Below are positions 10,576-21,141 of a stretch of 64,000 nt of DNA, piece after piece. This DNA is from Bacteroidaceae bacterium. GTDB taxonomy: Bacteria; Bacteroidota; Bacteroidia; Bacteroidales; Bacteroidaceae. Within the stretch, counting starts at the first letter, position 1; each line of letters begins with the position of its first letter. The translations under genes and the position numbers were made by a program. The notes below the pieces were generated by a model. It ran no database searches. It was given only the letters and a program-made list of their open reading frames with translations, and had not been told where the DNA came from. The stretch spans positions 961-64,960 of the forward strand of contig JAFSKK010000058.1 of assembly GCA_017448965.1 (NCBI GenBank). The letters run 5' to 3'.

Positions 10576-10583
10576 CAAAAGTA
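10576..10583 (-). promoter_or_regulatory. candidate internal dcw promoter (-7 box TACTTTTG) upstream of murG
   Basis: Reverse complement of CAAAAGTA, about 40 nt upstream of the murG ATG, in the 135-nt ftsW-murG gap. Confidence 0.35.
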
Positions 10584-10670
10584 CGAAAAAATCACGAATT
10601 TCCTATCACAAATGCCCACAAATCACACTTTTACTTCGTAAAAAACTTTCACCGAAGCTTGTTTTGACTC

Positions 10671-12002
10671 TCAAGCCATAGCACCGTCCGTATAATACTC
10701 ACTTGTCTCACCATCAGGAACGGCTGTCACCAACGGTGCTTTCTGTTCTTTCTTCTCTGCGTATCGGCTCACACTGAGAATGACACCGATGTAGAAACTC
10801 GTTATCAAGATAGACGTTCCACCCTTACTGATGAGCGGGAGTGTCTGTCCCGTGACAGGTGCCAAACCAACAGCCACGCTCATATTGACAAACGCCTGCA
10901 GCACCATCATGATGCCAAAGCCCAGCACCAAATAGGCAGGGAAGAAACTCGTACACTTCTGCGCGATGCGCCCCACTCGAATGAGCAAGGCTAAATAGAG
11001 GAAAGCCACGAAGAACGCACCCAGAACACCCATTTCCTCCACAATGATGGCGTAGATGAAGTCTGACTCCGCATGCTGCAAGAAGTCGCGCTGAATGGAG
11101 TTGCCTGGGCCGCGGCCGATGACATCGGAATTGGCGATGGCAATGGATGCGTAAGTTGTCTGCGAGTTTTCATCGTCGAGCAGAATCTGTAGTTCGGTTT
11201 TCTTTGCCTTTTTCGCGGCCACATCACGACCAATGTTGAGTTTACGTTCAATACGGTGCTTCACCGTCACCACACGCTTACAGCCGGGGATTTGCTCCCA
11301 TGTGGTTTCGGGCACGACGATGACCAACATCACGAAGAACACACCCACACCCAAAATGGCACCAAGCCCTTTGAACATGAGGTCGTTGGGCACTTGACCA
11401 ATAAACATCATCACGACAATGACAGAAAAAAGCATCAAGGCGGTTGACACGTTATCCATAATGATCAGTCCACACACCAGCAAGGCTGCGCCACCCACAA
11501 TGGCGAAAGCCAGATAGCGCTTGCCCTTGATGGCACCCACCACCTTGCGTCGCTTGCCACGCACCACATCTTCACGTTCGGTTTGCGTTTTGGCCAACAC
11601 CACGGCCGCCGTCATCAGCAACGCTGCCTTCGCCACCTCTGAAGGCTGGAAACTGATGGAGCCAAAACTGAGCCAACGGTTGGTGCCGTTGATTTCGCCA
11701 CCACCGCCCAGCACTGCAATCAGCAGAAAGAGCACAGCCAAAGGAAACAACAGGAACGGAAAGAGCATGAACCACTTGCAAGGAATACGGTGAACCAAAA
11801 GGATAATGACCAACCCGGCCAGCAGGAAACCTGCCTGGCTGACCATTGGAGCCCAGTGGTGGCCACCCTCGAACGTCAGACGGCTCGATGCGCTATACAC
11901 TTCCACTAGCGAAATCATACAGAGGAAGAAGTATATCATCCACACTCCCTTGTCCCCCTTGAAAAGATTGCCCCCTAAGAGGGCGTTCACAAACTTTCCC
12001 AT
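10671..12002 (-). CDS. ftsW: FtsW/RodA/SpoVE family cell-division glycosyltransferase
   Basis: 443 aa, polytopic membrane protein with SEDS family motifs (SEVAK, DFIYAII, PLISKGGTS). Confidence 0.9.
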   Translation of the reverse strand: MGKFVNALLGGNLFKGDKGVWMIYFFLCMISLVEVYSASSRLTFEGGHHWAPMVSQAGFLLAGLVIILLVHRIPCKWFMLFPFLLFPLAVLFLLIAVLGGGGEINGTNRWLSFGSISFQPSEVAKAALLMTAAVVLAKTQTEREDVVRGKRRKVVGAIKGKRYLAFAIVGGAALLVCGLIIMDNVSTALMLFSVIVVMMFIGQVPNDLMFKGLGAILGVGVFFVMLVIVVPETTWEQIPGCKRVVTVKHRIERKLNIGRDVAAKKAKKTELQILLDDENSQTTYASIAIANSDVIGRGPGNSIQRDFLQHAESDFIYAIIVEEMGVLGAFFVAFLYLALLIRVGRIAQKCTSFFPAYLVLGFGIMMVLQAFVNMSVAVGLAPVTGQTLPLISKGGTSILITSFYIGVILSVSRYAEKKEQKAPLVTAVPDGETSEYYTDGAMA

Positions 12003-12039
12003 ATATCGTTTCCTTTTTCTTTCTCTTTCGACTGCCGTT

Positions 12040-12121
12040 GTTCATAACTTATGGATAATTGTTCATAACTTATGGATAATTATTCGCAACTTATGAACAA
12101 ATATTCATAACTTATGAACGA
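12040..12121. repeat. four phased copies (21-bp spacing) of a 15-bp palindromic motif TTCATAA-N-TTATGAA, including a perfect 21-bp tandem duplication
   Basis: GTTCATAACTTATGGATAATT at 12040-12060 is repeated exactly at 12061-12081. Degenerate copies begin at 12083 and 12104. Confidence 0.85.
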
Positions 12122-12153
12122 CTTCTCCACCGACAGTTCGTCCCAAGCGTTCC

Positions 12154-13485
12154 TTACAAATTCTTCACACACTCTTTGAACTGCTCGCCTCGGTCCTCCA
12201 TGTTCTTGAAGAGATCGAAGCTCGCGCAACAAGGGCTCAACAGCACGGTGCTGCCCGGTTTGGCCATCTTGAAGCACTCATCCACACAATCCTTCATGCT
12301 CCGCACATCGGCAATCGGAATGCCGAAACCGTCGAACGCCGCATGGAGTTTTGAATTATCGACACCCAAGAAGACGAGGCCAATGCACTTCTCCCTGACG
12401 AGGTCAAAAATCTCCGAATAATCATTGCCCTTGTCCTTGCCGCCGAGGATGAGCACGACGGGAGTGCGCATGCTGTCCAGCGCATACCAACAGGCATTCA
12501 CGTTGGTGGCCTTCGAGTCGTTGATGAACTCCACTCCACGCACACGGCCTGCCTTCTCCAAACGATGCTCCACACCCTCGAAACTCTTCAAGCCCTCGCG
12601 AATCTGTTCGTTGCTCACACCTGCCAAATCGGCCGTAATACCTGCGGCGAGTGAGTTGTAGAGATTGTGCTTGCCACGCAAAGCCAACTCCTCCTGCTCC
12701 ATGTTGAAAGGCGTGGGACCCTCAATCACGTATTCGTCCTCATCCACATAGCCAATCACGCTATCGCTCTTGAACTCGCTGAAGGGGCAGAGACGCGCCT
12801 TGATGTTATATTTCTTCAGTTCAGCCGCCACGATGGGGTCATCGTTCCAGAAGACGAAAGCATCGTCGGGTGTCTGGTTCTGGATGATGCGCATCTTGGA
12901 GTCGACATAATTTTGCATCTTGAAATCGTAGCGGTCGAGATGGTCGGGCGTGATGTTCATCAGCACGGCAATATCGGCCTTGAAATCATACATATTGTCG
13001 AGCTGGAAACTGCTCAGTTCTATCACATAGTAATCGTGCTGTTCCTCAGCCACCTGCAAGGCGAGGCTGCTGCCGATGTTTCCGGCCAAGCCCACATTGT
13101 AGCCCGCATTCTTCAGAATGTGATAAATCAGCGAGGTGGTGGTCGTCTTGCCGTTACTACCCGTAATACAAATCATCTTCGCGTTCGTGTAACGTCCGGC
13201 GAACTCAATCTCGGAGATGATGGGGATGTTCTTCGCCTTGACTTTCTGAATCATCGGCGCATTCTCAGGAATGCCAGGACTCTTGATGATCTCATCAGCA
13301 TTGAGAATCAGCTCCTCCGTATGATGTCCTTCCTCCCACACAATCCCGTGGTCGTTCAGGAGTTTCTTGTATTTATCCTTGATGTTCGACATGTCGCTCA
13401 CAAACACATCAAACCCCTTCTTCTTGGCCAACACGGCCGCACCCGCACCGCTCTCAGCAGCACCTAACACAACGATTCTTTTCAT
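12154..13485 (-). CDS. murD: UDP-N-acetylmuramoylalanine--D-glutamate ligase
   Basis: 443 aa. Has the Mur ligase P-loop GSNGKTTT and an N-terminal Rossmann motif VLGAAESG. Confidence 0.95.
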   Translation of the reverse strand: MKRIVVLGAAESGAGAAVLAKKKGFDVFVSDMSNIKDKYKKLLNDHGIVWEEGHHTEELILNADEIIKSPGIPENAPMIQKVKAKNIPIISEIEFAGRYTNAKMICITGSNGKTTTTSLIYHILKNAGYNVGLAGNIGSSLALQVAEEQHDYYVIELSSFQLDNMYDFKADIAVLMNITPDHLDRYDFKMQNYVDSKMRIIQNQTPDDAFVFWNDDPIVAAELKKYNIKARLCPFSEFKSDSVIGYVDEDEYVIEGPTPFNMEQEELALRGKHNLYNSLAAGITADLAGVSNEQIREGLKSFEGVEHRLEKAGRVRGVEFINDSKATNVNACWYALDSMRTPVVLILGGKDKGNDYSEIFDLVREKCIGLVFLGVDNSKLHAAFDGFGIPIADVRSMKDCVDECFKMAKPGSTVLLSPCCASFDLFKNMEDRGEQFKECVKNL

Positions 13486-13500
13486 CTTATTGTATGTTTT

Positions 13501-14760
13501 TTATCTAATTTTTAATGTAATGATGGTGATGGCGGCCAACAGGATGGTGACAATCCAGAAGCGCGTCGTAATCATCGACTCAAACAACAAACCCTTAGGA
13601 CGCTTGATGAGGTAGGTGACCCCCTCTTCCATCCTGTGACGATAGTGGTCGTGGAACGGCGCACGCTTGAACACACGCCACTTCTTCCCCCGCTTGTTGC
13701 CCTGCTTAGCATAGGCAATCTGGAGCATCACCGAAAGACTTTCCATCAGGAAGATGCCGCACAAGATGGGCAGCAACAGTTCCTTGTGAATGATGACCGC
13801 CGTGACGGCAATGACACCACCGATGGCCAAACTGCCCGTATCGCCCATGAACACCTTAGCAGGATATGCATTATACCAAAGGAAACCGACCAATGCACCC
13901 ACAAAGGCACTAAGGAAGACCACAATCTCCTCTGAGCCTGGAATATACATCACGTTCAGATAGTCGGCAAAACGGATGTGACCGCTCACATAGGCAAGAA
14001 TACCCAACGTGACGCCGATGATGGCAGAGTTGCCTGCACACATACCGTCCATACCATCGTTCAGGTTGGCCCCGTTGCTCACAGCAGCAATGACGAAAGT
14101 GGTCACCAGCACAAAGAGAATCCAGCCACAAGCACGTTTCGTCTTGCCATCCTTGATGAAGCTGAACACCTCGTAATAGTCGATGTTGTTGCTCTTCACG
14201 AAAGGCACCGTTGTCACCGTGCTCTTACGCGCTTCACTCTTATGATACACCTCCACCTTATCGCCAATTTCACGCTCCACATTCTCACGCACCACAGCGT
14301 CAGGACTGAGCCACAACGTCAGGCCTACCGCAACACCAAACACCAACTGCGCCAACATTTTCCATCGTGGCGCAAGACCATCCTTGTTGCCCGACAACTT
14401 GATTTTGTCATCCAGGAATCCGATGACACCAAAGAAGGCAATGGTCACAATCAGCAACACCACGTACACATTATTCAATCTGCCAAACAGCAAAGCCGGC
14501 ACAATCACCGCTGCGAGAATGACGACACCACCCATCGACGGCACACCTTTCTTCTGCACCCCGTATGGGTCGATGGCTGCATCACGAGCCTCCTCAATAT
14601 GCTTCTTCTTTCGCATATACTTAATGAAGTATTCTCCTGCCACCATCGAGATGAACAGCGAAAGAATGAGTGATAGCAAAGCCCGGAAGGACACATAACC
14701 AAACATGCCCGCTCCCGGGATGTCAAACTCTTGCAGATACTTGAATAAGTCGTATAACAT
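13501..14760 (-). CDS. mraY: phospho-N-acetylmuramoyl-pentapeptide transferase
   Basis: 419 aa, polytopic. Has MraY motifs KKGVPSMGG, NLNDGMDG, FMGDTGSLAIGG and HHH-like FHDHY. Confidence 0.95.
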   Translation of the reverse strand: MLYDLFKYLQEFDIPGAGMFGYVSFRALLSLILSLFISMVAGEYFIKYMRKKKHIEEARDAAIDPYGVQKKGVPSMGGVVILAAVIVPALLFGRLNNVYVVLLIVTIAFFGVIGFLDDKIKLSGNKDGLAPRWKMLAQLVFGVAVGLTLWLSPDAVVRENVEREIGDKVEVYHKSEARKSTVTTVPFVKSNNIDYYEVFSFIKDGKTKRACGWILFVLVTTFVIAAVSNGANLNDGMDGMCAGNSAIIGVTLGILAYVSGHIRFADYLNVMYIPGSEEIVVFLSAFVGALVGFLWYNAYPAKVFMGDTGSLAIGGVIAVTAVIIHKELLLPILCGIFLMESLSVMLQIAYAKQGNKRGKKWRVFKRAPFHDHYRHRMEEGVTYLIKRPKGLLFESMITTRFWIVTILLAAITIITLKIR

Positions 14761-14815
14761 GATTCTCTAATCAATATGGTAGTTACTAATCGTCTATGTT
14801 TACCGCCCGTTTCTA

Positions 14816-16261
14816 TCAAAAACAGGCTCTCACTTCTTCCTTATCGTCAAAGTGATGCTTCACACCTTTCACGTCCTGATAGTCCTCATGTCCCTTGCCG
14901 GCAATGAGAATCACATCACCCGGCTTGGCCATCACACAAGCGGTCTTGATGGCCTGACGACGGTCAACGATGGCTATCACCTTCTTCATCTGCTCCTCGT
15001 CAAGACCTGCAAGCATATCGTTGATGATGTCCTGCGGCTCTTCAAAACGCGGATTATCGCTGGTGATGATGACACGATCGCTCTGCTTCACAGCCTCACG
15101 GGCCATGAGCGGACGCTTGCCCTTATCACGGTTACCACCTGCACCGCATACGGTGATGACTTCACCCTTTCCCTCGAGCACACCATGAATGGCATTGAGC
15201 ACATTCTCCAAAGCATCGGGTGTGTGGGCATAGTCAACAATAGCCGTGTAACCTGAAGGGGAACGCAACGCCTCGAAACGTCCATTCACCGGCTTCATCG
15301 CGCTCAGCGCCACCAACACTTCCTGTTCGCTTTTGCCCAACATGATGGCTGCACCATACACCGCCAACAGGTTGCTCACATTGAATTTGCCGATGAACTG
15401 AACACCAACCTCTTTTCCATTGATATCGAGATACATACCCTCAAAGTGGCACTCTATAATCTTTGCTTTGAAGTCGGCAGGACTCTGCACGGAATAAGTC
15501 TTCACCTGCGCCTTCGTGTTCTGCACCATCACCAAGCCGTTCTTGTCGTCCGCATTCGTGATGGCAAAGGCCGTTTCTGGAAGGTTGTCGAAGAATTGCT
15601 TCTTGGCCTTGATGTAGTTCTCGAAAGTCTTATGATAGTCGAGATGGTCGCGTGTGATGTTCGTGAAAAGGCCGCCCACAAAGTTCAAACCGCCAATACG
15701 GTTCTGCACCACGCTATGGCTGCTCACTTCCATAAAGGCATATTCACATCCAGCCTCCACCATACGTGCCAAGAGAGCATTAAGCGTGATAGGATCAGGG
15801 GTGGTGTGCTCCGTCGGAACTGCCTCGCCATCAATGTAGTTGCACACAGTGGAAAGAAGTCCTGCCTTGTGCCCCATGTAACGGAACATCTCGTAAAGCA
15901 CGGTCGCAATGGTGGTCTTTCCGTTGGTACCCGTCACACCCACCAGTTTCAGTTTACTCGTCGGGGCACCATAGAAAGTGGTGGCCACCTGACCCACCGA
16001 CTGCTCCGTATTCGCCACCTTCACATAAGTGGCACCTTCTTGGGCATCAGCAGGAATCTCCTCACACAACACAGCCACAGCACCCTTCTCCAACGCCTTG
16101 TCTATATAGTTATGACCATCAGCCACCGTTCCTCGCACGGCTACAAAAAGGTTTCCATCCACAATCTGGCGAGAATCAATCTGCACACCAGTGATGTCAC
16201 GCTCCATGTCGCCCTGCACCGCGAGGACATCGAGTTTACTTACGAGTTTTTCCAGTTTCAT
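14816..16261 (-). CDS. murE: UDP-N-acetylmuramoyl-L-alanyl-D-glutamate--2,6-diaminopimelate ligase
   Basis: 481 aa with P-loop GTNGKTT and the DNPR motif near the C-terminus (TSDNPRFE). Confidence 0.95.
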   Translation of the reverse strand: MKLEKLVSKLDVLAVQGDMERDITGVQIDSRQIVDGNLFVAVRGTVADGHNYIDKALEKGAVAVLCEEIPADAQEGATYVKVANTEQSVGQVATTFYGAPTSKLKLVGVTGTNGKTTIATVLYEMFRYMGHKAGLLSTVCNYIDGEAVPTEHTTPDPITLNALLARMVEAGCEYAFMEVSSHSVVQNRIGGLNFVGGLFTNITRDHLDYHKTFENYIKAKKQFFDNLPETAFAITNADDKNGLVMVQNTKAQVKTYSVQSPADFKAKIIECHFEGMYLDINGKEVGVQFIGKFNVSNLLAVYGAAIMLGKSEQEVLVALSAMKPVNGRFEALRSPSGYTAIVDYAHTPDALENVLNAIHGVLEGKGEVITVCGAGGNRDKGKRPLMAREAVKQSDRVIITSDNPRFEEPQDIINDMLAGLDEEQMKKVIAIVDRRQAIKTACVMAKPGDVILIAGKGHEDYQDVKGVKHHFDDKEEVRACF

Positions 16262-16294
16262 TGTTTATCTGTTCTTTTAGTTCCACACCTGAGT

Positions 16295-18505
16295 TTACTT
16301 GAGCGCCAAAGTCAACATCACAGTTTGTCCCTTCACCACCTTGCTGCCACTTGACACACTTTGCGCAACCACCTTCCCACGTCCAGTCATCCGCACCTTC
16401 AAGCCACGATTGCTGAGCGCAGACACAGCATCTCTGGCACCCATTCCCAACACGTTGGGCACAATGTCATTGCCCACCTTCACCGACTGGAACTCAACCG
16501 CATCATCGCCTGCAACAGCAGTTCCCCACTCATATCCTTTACCGCCTTCTGACTTCACGCCCAATTTATTAAGCACATACTGAGCCGCTATCACATTGCC
16601 GTTCTTCACACCAGGCACAAAAACGGCTGTCGAGTCTTTCGCCACATTGATGTCGGTAGTCACGTTCTTGGAGTAAATGCGCTGCGCAATCTTCGAGAAC
16701 ACAGGACCCGCCTGACCACCACCACTGGCCACATAGTAAGAGTGGCGAATGGCCACGATACAAGTGTATTTAGGATCTTCTGAAGGATAATATCCACAGA
16801 AACTCACCAAGTGTTCATTCTGCCCACCTTTATAGCCACCCTTACCAGCCACCTGTGCAGTACCTGTCTTTCCGCTCACATGGAAATACGGATTGCCCGC
16901 CTTCTTTCCAAGTCCCTCGCGGTCGTTCACCACACGATAGAGAATCTTCTGGATGTCGTCCAATGCAGCCTGACCACAGATATGCGGACGGATCACCTCC
17001 ACAGGGAACTCTTCCACCATCTCGCCATTCTTCGAGATGCCCTTTGCGAAACGCGGACGCACCAGTTTGCCGTTGTTGGCTATCGCATTGTAGAAGGAAA
17101 CCGTGCTGATGGGAGGAATCTGCGTCTCATATCCAATTGACATCCACGCCAACGCCGTAGCTGACCAGTTGTCAGACATTTTATAACCACCTGTACGATC
17201 CTTATGAGGCATGCGGATTCTCGGTTCTGCAGCGCCATCGAAAGGCAAGCCAAGCGGCGTGCCAATACCCACACGGCGCAAACCTTCCACAAACTTCTCT
17301 GGTTGGTTATGATAATGAGCATCAATAAGTTTGCTCACGCCGACGTTGCTCGAGAACATCAACACGTGTGGCACATCAATGGTGCCGTAACCACCACGAT
17401 ACCAGTTGTGGTCCTTCATCTTCGCACCATACATGTTGCAGATACCACTTCCTGTGTCCACATGATCGTTCACCGTAATGTATCCATCATCCAGCGCCAC
17501 GAGAATGGAAGCGGTCTTGAAGGTGGAACCCGGCTCCATCAAGGCAGCCAGAGCAAAGTTTTGTGCCTCATAATAATTGCCGTCATCATAACGCACGAGG
17601 TTCACAATTGCCTTCACGTCGCCCGTCTTCACCTCCATCAGAATCACCACACCCATCGAGGCATCCACTTCGTACAACTTCTCGCGCAACGCACTCTCGC
17701 AGATGTCCTGCATACTCACATCGATGGTCGTCACCAAATCGTAGCCGTCCACAGGTTCCTTATCCACAATGGAGAGGTACTTTGAGAGCACTTTCTTGTT
17801 ATGCACCTTTCCAGGTTCGCCTCTCAGCAACGAGTCGTAAGCCAATTCCAAGCCTGAGCGTGCAGAGTCCTTCGCGCCATACATCTCGCCAAGAGTACGC
17901 TTTGCCAACGAACCAAAAGGTTTGTTGCGGTTGTTGCGTTCCTCTGCCACCAAACCGCTGCGGTTGCGGTTCTTCAAGTTGAAGATGGGGAGTTTTATCA
18001 ACTGGTTATACTGAATGAAATTCAGCACCGTGTGTGGACACACCTCCCAGTAGCGCTTGCGTTTCTCCAAACCTTCAAGCAGGTGCGCTTTGTATTCCTC
18101 GAATGTGTACTTCGGACAAATCTCCACCAACCCACGGCAAATGGTGTCCACATCAGCCCTCCACATGGAGTCTTTCTCATGCAACTGTTTGGGGTCATAC
18201 ACCTTCTTTTTCTGTCCAACAGCAATCGAGTCATACCACCACTCTATGCCTGAAAGAAAGTCCACATACACCTTGTAGTCGGGCAAACTGCTGGCCATCA
18301 ACTGACCGTCAGCGCTCAAGATGTTACCTCGATTCGGCTTCAGCAGCATCGTGTCGCTCACGCTCACCGCTCCCACTTTCTTCCATTTCTCATTCTGCAC
18401 AGTGGCCGTAAACACAGCTTTGCCGATGATGGCAAGCATCAGCAAGGCAGCCATCACAACAATGACCGTGATGCGGGTATTGATATATTTCTTGTCAAAT
18501 TTCAT
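16295..18505 (-). CDS. ftsI: penicillin-binding protein (class B transpeptidase, FtsI-like) with C-terminal PASTA-like domain
   Basis: 736 aa with an N-terminal TM helix. Has the active-site STFK motif (PGSTFK), SSN, and KTGT (SGKTGTA). Position fits the dcw order. Confidence 0.9.
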   Translation of the reverse strand: MKFDKKYINTRITVIVVMAALLMLAIIGKAVFTATVQNEKWKKVGAVSVSDTMLLKPNRGNILSADGQLMASSLPDYKVYVDFLSGIEWWYDSIAVGQKKKVYDPKQLHEKDSMWRADVDTICRGLVEICPKYTFEEYKAHLLEGLEKRKRYWEVCPHTVLNFIQYNQLIKLPIFNLKNRNRSGLVAEERNNRNKPFGSLAKRTLGEMYGAKDSARSGLELAYDSLLRGEPGKVHNKKVLSKYLSIVDKEPVDGYDLVTTIDVSMQDICESALREKLYEVDASMGVVILMEVKTGDVKAIVNLVRYDDGNYYEAQNFALAALMEPGSTFKTASILVALDDGYITVNDHVDTGSGICNMYGAKMKDHNWYRGGYGTIDVPHVLMFSSNVGVSKLIDAHYHNQPEKFVEGLRRVGIGTPLGLPFDGAAEPRIRMPHKDRTGGYKMSDNWSATALAWMSIGYETQIPPISTVSFYNAIANNGKLVRPRFAKGISKNGEMVEEFPVEVIRPHICGQAALDDIQKILYRVVNDREGLGKKAGNPYFHVSGKTGTAQVAGKGGYKGGQNEHLVSFCGYYPSEDPKYTCIVAIRHSYYVASGGGQAGPVFSKIAQRIYSKNVTTDINVAKDSTAVFVPGVKNGNVIAAQYVLNKLGVKSEGGKGYEWGTAVAGDDAVEFQSVKVGNDIVPNVLGMGARDAVSALSNRGLKVRMTGRGKVVAQSVSSGSKVVKGQTVMLTLALK

Positions 18506-19230
18506 TGTCCTTCAGTTTTTACGGGGTTCTGCGCCCCGGTTTCCGTCACTCCATTTTTCTTATTTTCCGTCTCTCCAGCCACTTCACCGCTGTCCTCCTT
18601 CTTCTGTTCAGCCGACTGGTTTTCAGTCGGTTTCTCCTCAGTCTTTTTCTTCTCCACCTGACCTTTCTTCGTTGCATCCTGTTGCTCTTGTGCCGCCACC
18701 AGTTCGGATGAGTCGACCAACACTTCTTCCACTTTCTCCTCATCAGCCACACTTCTGCGGTCATTCTGTTTAATGAGATAAGGTGGCGTAATGGAGTTAT
18801 GCAGCAGGCTATCGGGAGTGCTTTTCAGCATCTTCTCCACATTCGATTGCCTGGTCAAGTTCATCAACTCACTTGACTGCGTGAGCACATTATATTTGAC
18901 TTCCTGCAAACGTCCACGCAAGCTGTCTATCAAGATGGCATCTTGCTGACTATCATAACGATTTCCTGTATAAAGAATCATCAGCAACACACAGAACATC
19001 ACAAACATGATCTGCTTCACCATGAATTTACTCATCAAGAAATCACCGCCGAGGATGGACTTGACAGAGATTTCCCCCAAGTCATCTTCATCCTCGTTGG
19101 TAAATTTGCGGATTGCTTCAATCGCCTCTTGTTCCTCTGTGAGCACCACTTCTTCCGCCCCAGTGTCTTCGGGAAGAGTCATCGCCGACTCCTCCTGCTC
19201 TACATTCCTTTTTTCCTCTTTTTTGGACAT
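18502..19230 (-). CDS. FtsL-like cell division protein with extended acidic N- and E/K/T-rich C-terminal regions
   Basis: 242 aa with a single TM helix (IMFVMFCVLLMILY). It lies between rsmH and ftsI, where Bacteroidetes FtsL-like genes sit, and overlaps ftsI by 4 nt. Confidence 0.65.
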   Translation of the reverse strand: MSKKEEKRNVEQEESAMTLPEDTGAEEVVLTEEQEAIEAIRKFTNEDEDDLGEISVKSILGGDFLMSKFMVKQIMFVMFCVLLMILYTGNRYDSQQDAILIDSLRGRLQEVKYNVLTQSSELMNLTRQSNVEKMLKSTPDSLLHNSITPPYLIKQNDRRSVADEEKVEEVLVDSSELVAAQEQQDATKKGQVEKKKTEEKPTENQSAEQKKEDSGEVAGETENKKNGVTETGAQNPVKTEGQ

Positions 19231-19388
19231 AATACTCTTTCGTTGGCTATCTTCTCAAGCCTCTTCTTTTAATATAATAATGTATAACTCACTTTATCGC
19301 CTCTCTAAAGGCGTGGATTTCGCTATTTGAAGTTGTCTTGTGACTGAAACACAAGACTTGCTCACAGTCTTTTACAAACGCACTCGGC

Positions 19389-20327
19389 TCACACTCTCTC
19401 CGCCACTCTCAGTTTCGCGCTCCTGCTTCTCGGATTCTGAAGCATCTCCTCCTCGCTCGGCACAATCACCTGTCGGTTCACCAATCTGTAAGGAGTGTTC
19501 ACCCGGCCGAAGAAGTCCTTGTCTTCCTTCCCCTCCACATTGCCTGTCTTCATCAGGTTCTTCACGATGCGGTCTTCCAGCGAATGATACGTGATGACGA
19601 CCAAACGTCCGCCAGGCCTCAACATTTCCGTCGCCCCTTTCAGCATGTCGCGCAAGGCATCCATCTCGTGGTTCACCTCGATGCGCAACGCCTGGAACAC
19701 CTTCGCCAACTCCTTCTTCTCCCGCTCGTTGCGAAAGAACGGCTTGACTATCTCCAAGAAGTCGCCTATTGTCACCACCATCTTCGCTTGTCTTGCCTTC
19801 ACGATGGCGGCTGCCAACTTTCTACTCTGCTTCAGTTCTCCATAGAGATAAAACACATCGGCCAACTGCTTCTCATCATACGTGTTCACCACATCGGCGG
19901 CTGTCAAACCTGCCCGTTGGTTCATCCGCATGTCAAGTTTCCCTTCAAAACGGAAAGAGAAGCCGCGTTCGCTGTCATCGAAGTGGTGAGAACTCACCCC
20001 CAGATCGGCCAGCAAACCGTCTATCTGCTCGACGCCGTGATACTTGAGGAAGTTTTTCAAGAAGCGGAAGTTGCTCCTCACAAACGTGAACCTCTCCGCA
20101 TCAAACCCTTCAGCGTTCTTTTCCGCGTCGGCATCTTGGTCAAAACTGTACAAATGGCCGTTCCTGTCGAGCCTCGACATGATTTCACGGCTGTGCCCAC
20201 CGCCACCAAACGTCACATCCACATAGCAACCGCCCTGTCCGATGTTCAATCCGTCCACGCTCTCCTTGAGCAGCACCGGCACGTGGTAAGCAGTTCCTTG
20301 TTCAGCCATCATTGCGTCCTCCTTCAT
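19389..20327 (-). CDS. rsmH: 16S rRNA (cytosine1402-N4)-methyltransferase
   Basis: 312 aa. Has HVPVLL, DVTFGGGGHS and SLEDR motifs, and shares a TAATG overlap with mraZ. Confidence 0.95.
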   Translation of the reverse strand: MKEDAMMAEQGTAYHVPVLLKESVDGLNIGQGGCYVDVTFGGGGHSREIMSRLDRNGHLYSFDQDADAEKNAEGFDAERFTFVRSNFRFLKNFLKYHGVEQIDGLLADLGVSSHHFDDSERGFSFRFEGKLDMRMNQRAGLTAADVVNTYDEKQLADVFYLYGELKQSRKLAAAIVKARQAKMVVTIGDFLEIVKPFFRNEREKKELAKVFQALRIEVNHEMDALRDMLKGATEMLRPGGRLVVITYHSLEDRIVKNLMKTGNVEGKEDKDFFGRVNTPYRLVNRQVIVPSEEEMLQNPRSRSAKLRVAERV

Positions 20328-20791
20328 TAAACGTTCTGCATATCCGGCTGTCCAAACATCGCCTCCAGTTCCTGACCGAGATTTTCGTTCTGTGCTTTCA
20401 CCTCCTCCAGCGCCTGCTTGCTCCAGATTTCTATGCGGTCAACCATCGAGAGGAAACGCACGTCGCCCTCAATGCCTGCATATTGCAATTTCCGTTTCGA
20501 GATGAGCAAGCGTCCCTGGCTGTCCAGTTCTATGGGTTCGGCATCGGCTTCGAACATACGCAGCAACATCTGCTGCTTGCTGTTCCATTGATTCACTCTT
20601 CCGCGCAAATCCTCGAGTTGCCGTCCCCACACCGATTCAGGGTAGAGCACCAGGCAATGCTGAAAGACGTCTTGGCGCAGCACGAGCCCCTGCTCGCCCT
20701 CTGCCTCAAGCACCTTCCTGAACGCTGCTGGCAGGAAGACCCGCCCCTTTGCGTCGGTTTTTGCTGGATATTCACCTATGAATCGAACCAT
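20327..20791 (-). CDS. mraZ: transcriptional regulator MraZ
   Basis: 154 aa. The N-terminus FIGEY..K.DAKGR..LP is the MraZ/SpoVT-AbrB repeat, and this is the first gene of the dcw cluster. Confidence 0.92.
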   Translation of the reverse strand: MVRFIGEYPAKTDAKGRVFLPAAFRKVLEAEGEQGLVLRQDVFQHCLVLYPESVWGRQLEDLRGRVNQWNSKQQMLLRMFEADAEPIELDSQGRLLISKRKLQYAGIEGDVRFLSMVDRIEIWSKQALEEVKAQNENLGQELEAMFGQPDMQNV

Positions 20792-20857
20792 CTTGTCGCT
20801 GTTGAGATTTGTTACTGATTTTCAACTCTTTTCAAGTCGCGTTTTTCAAAACGTGTG

Positions 20858-20865
20858 CAAATATA
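20858..20865 (-). promoter_or_regulatory. candidate dcw promoter -7 box (TATATTTG)
   Basis: Reverse complement of CAAATATA, about 65 nt upstream of the mraZ ATG. Confidence 0.4.
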
Positions 20866-21141
20866 CAGAAATTCCCCACAATTCCCCACTTTTTATGAAA
20901 AAAAATAAAAAAAAGTTATCAACACAGTTGTTAATAACTACTTATTTTACTGATTTTGTTACATTTAATCATTTTTATAAAAAAGTGGGGGAACATCCAT
21001 TTGCAAAGTCGGAGTTTACAAACGACGTGTAAAACGCAGTCACTACCCACTTGCTTGTCCGCTTCGCCCACCTTTTCATACCCACCAAAGAGGTTGCGAC
21101 GCAGCCGCCTCTACCCCACACCAACAACCTCCCGTGCGTTC

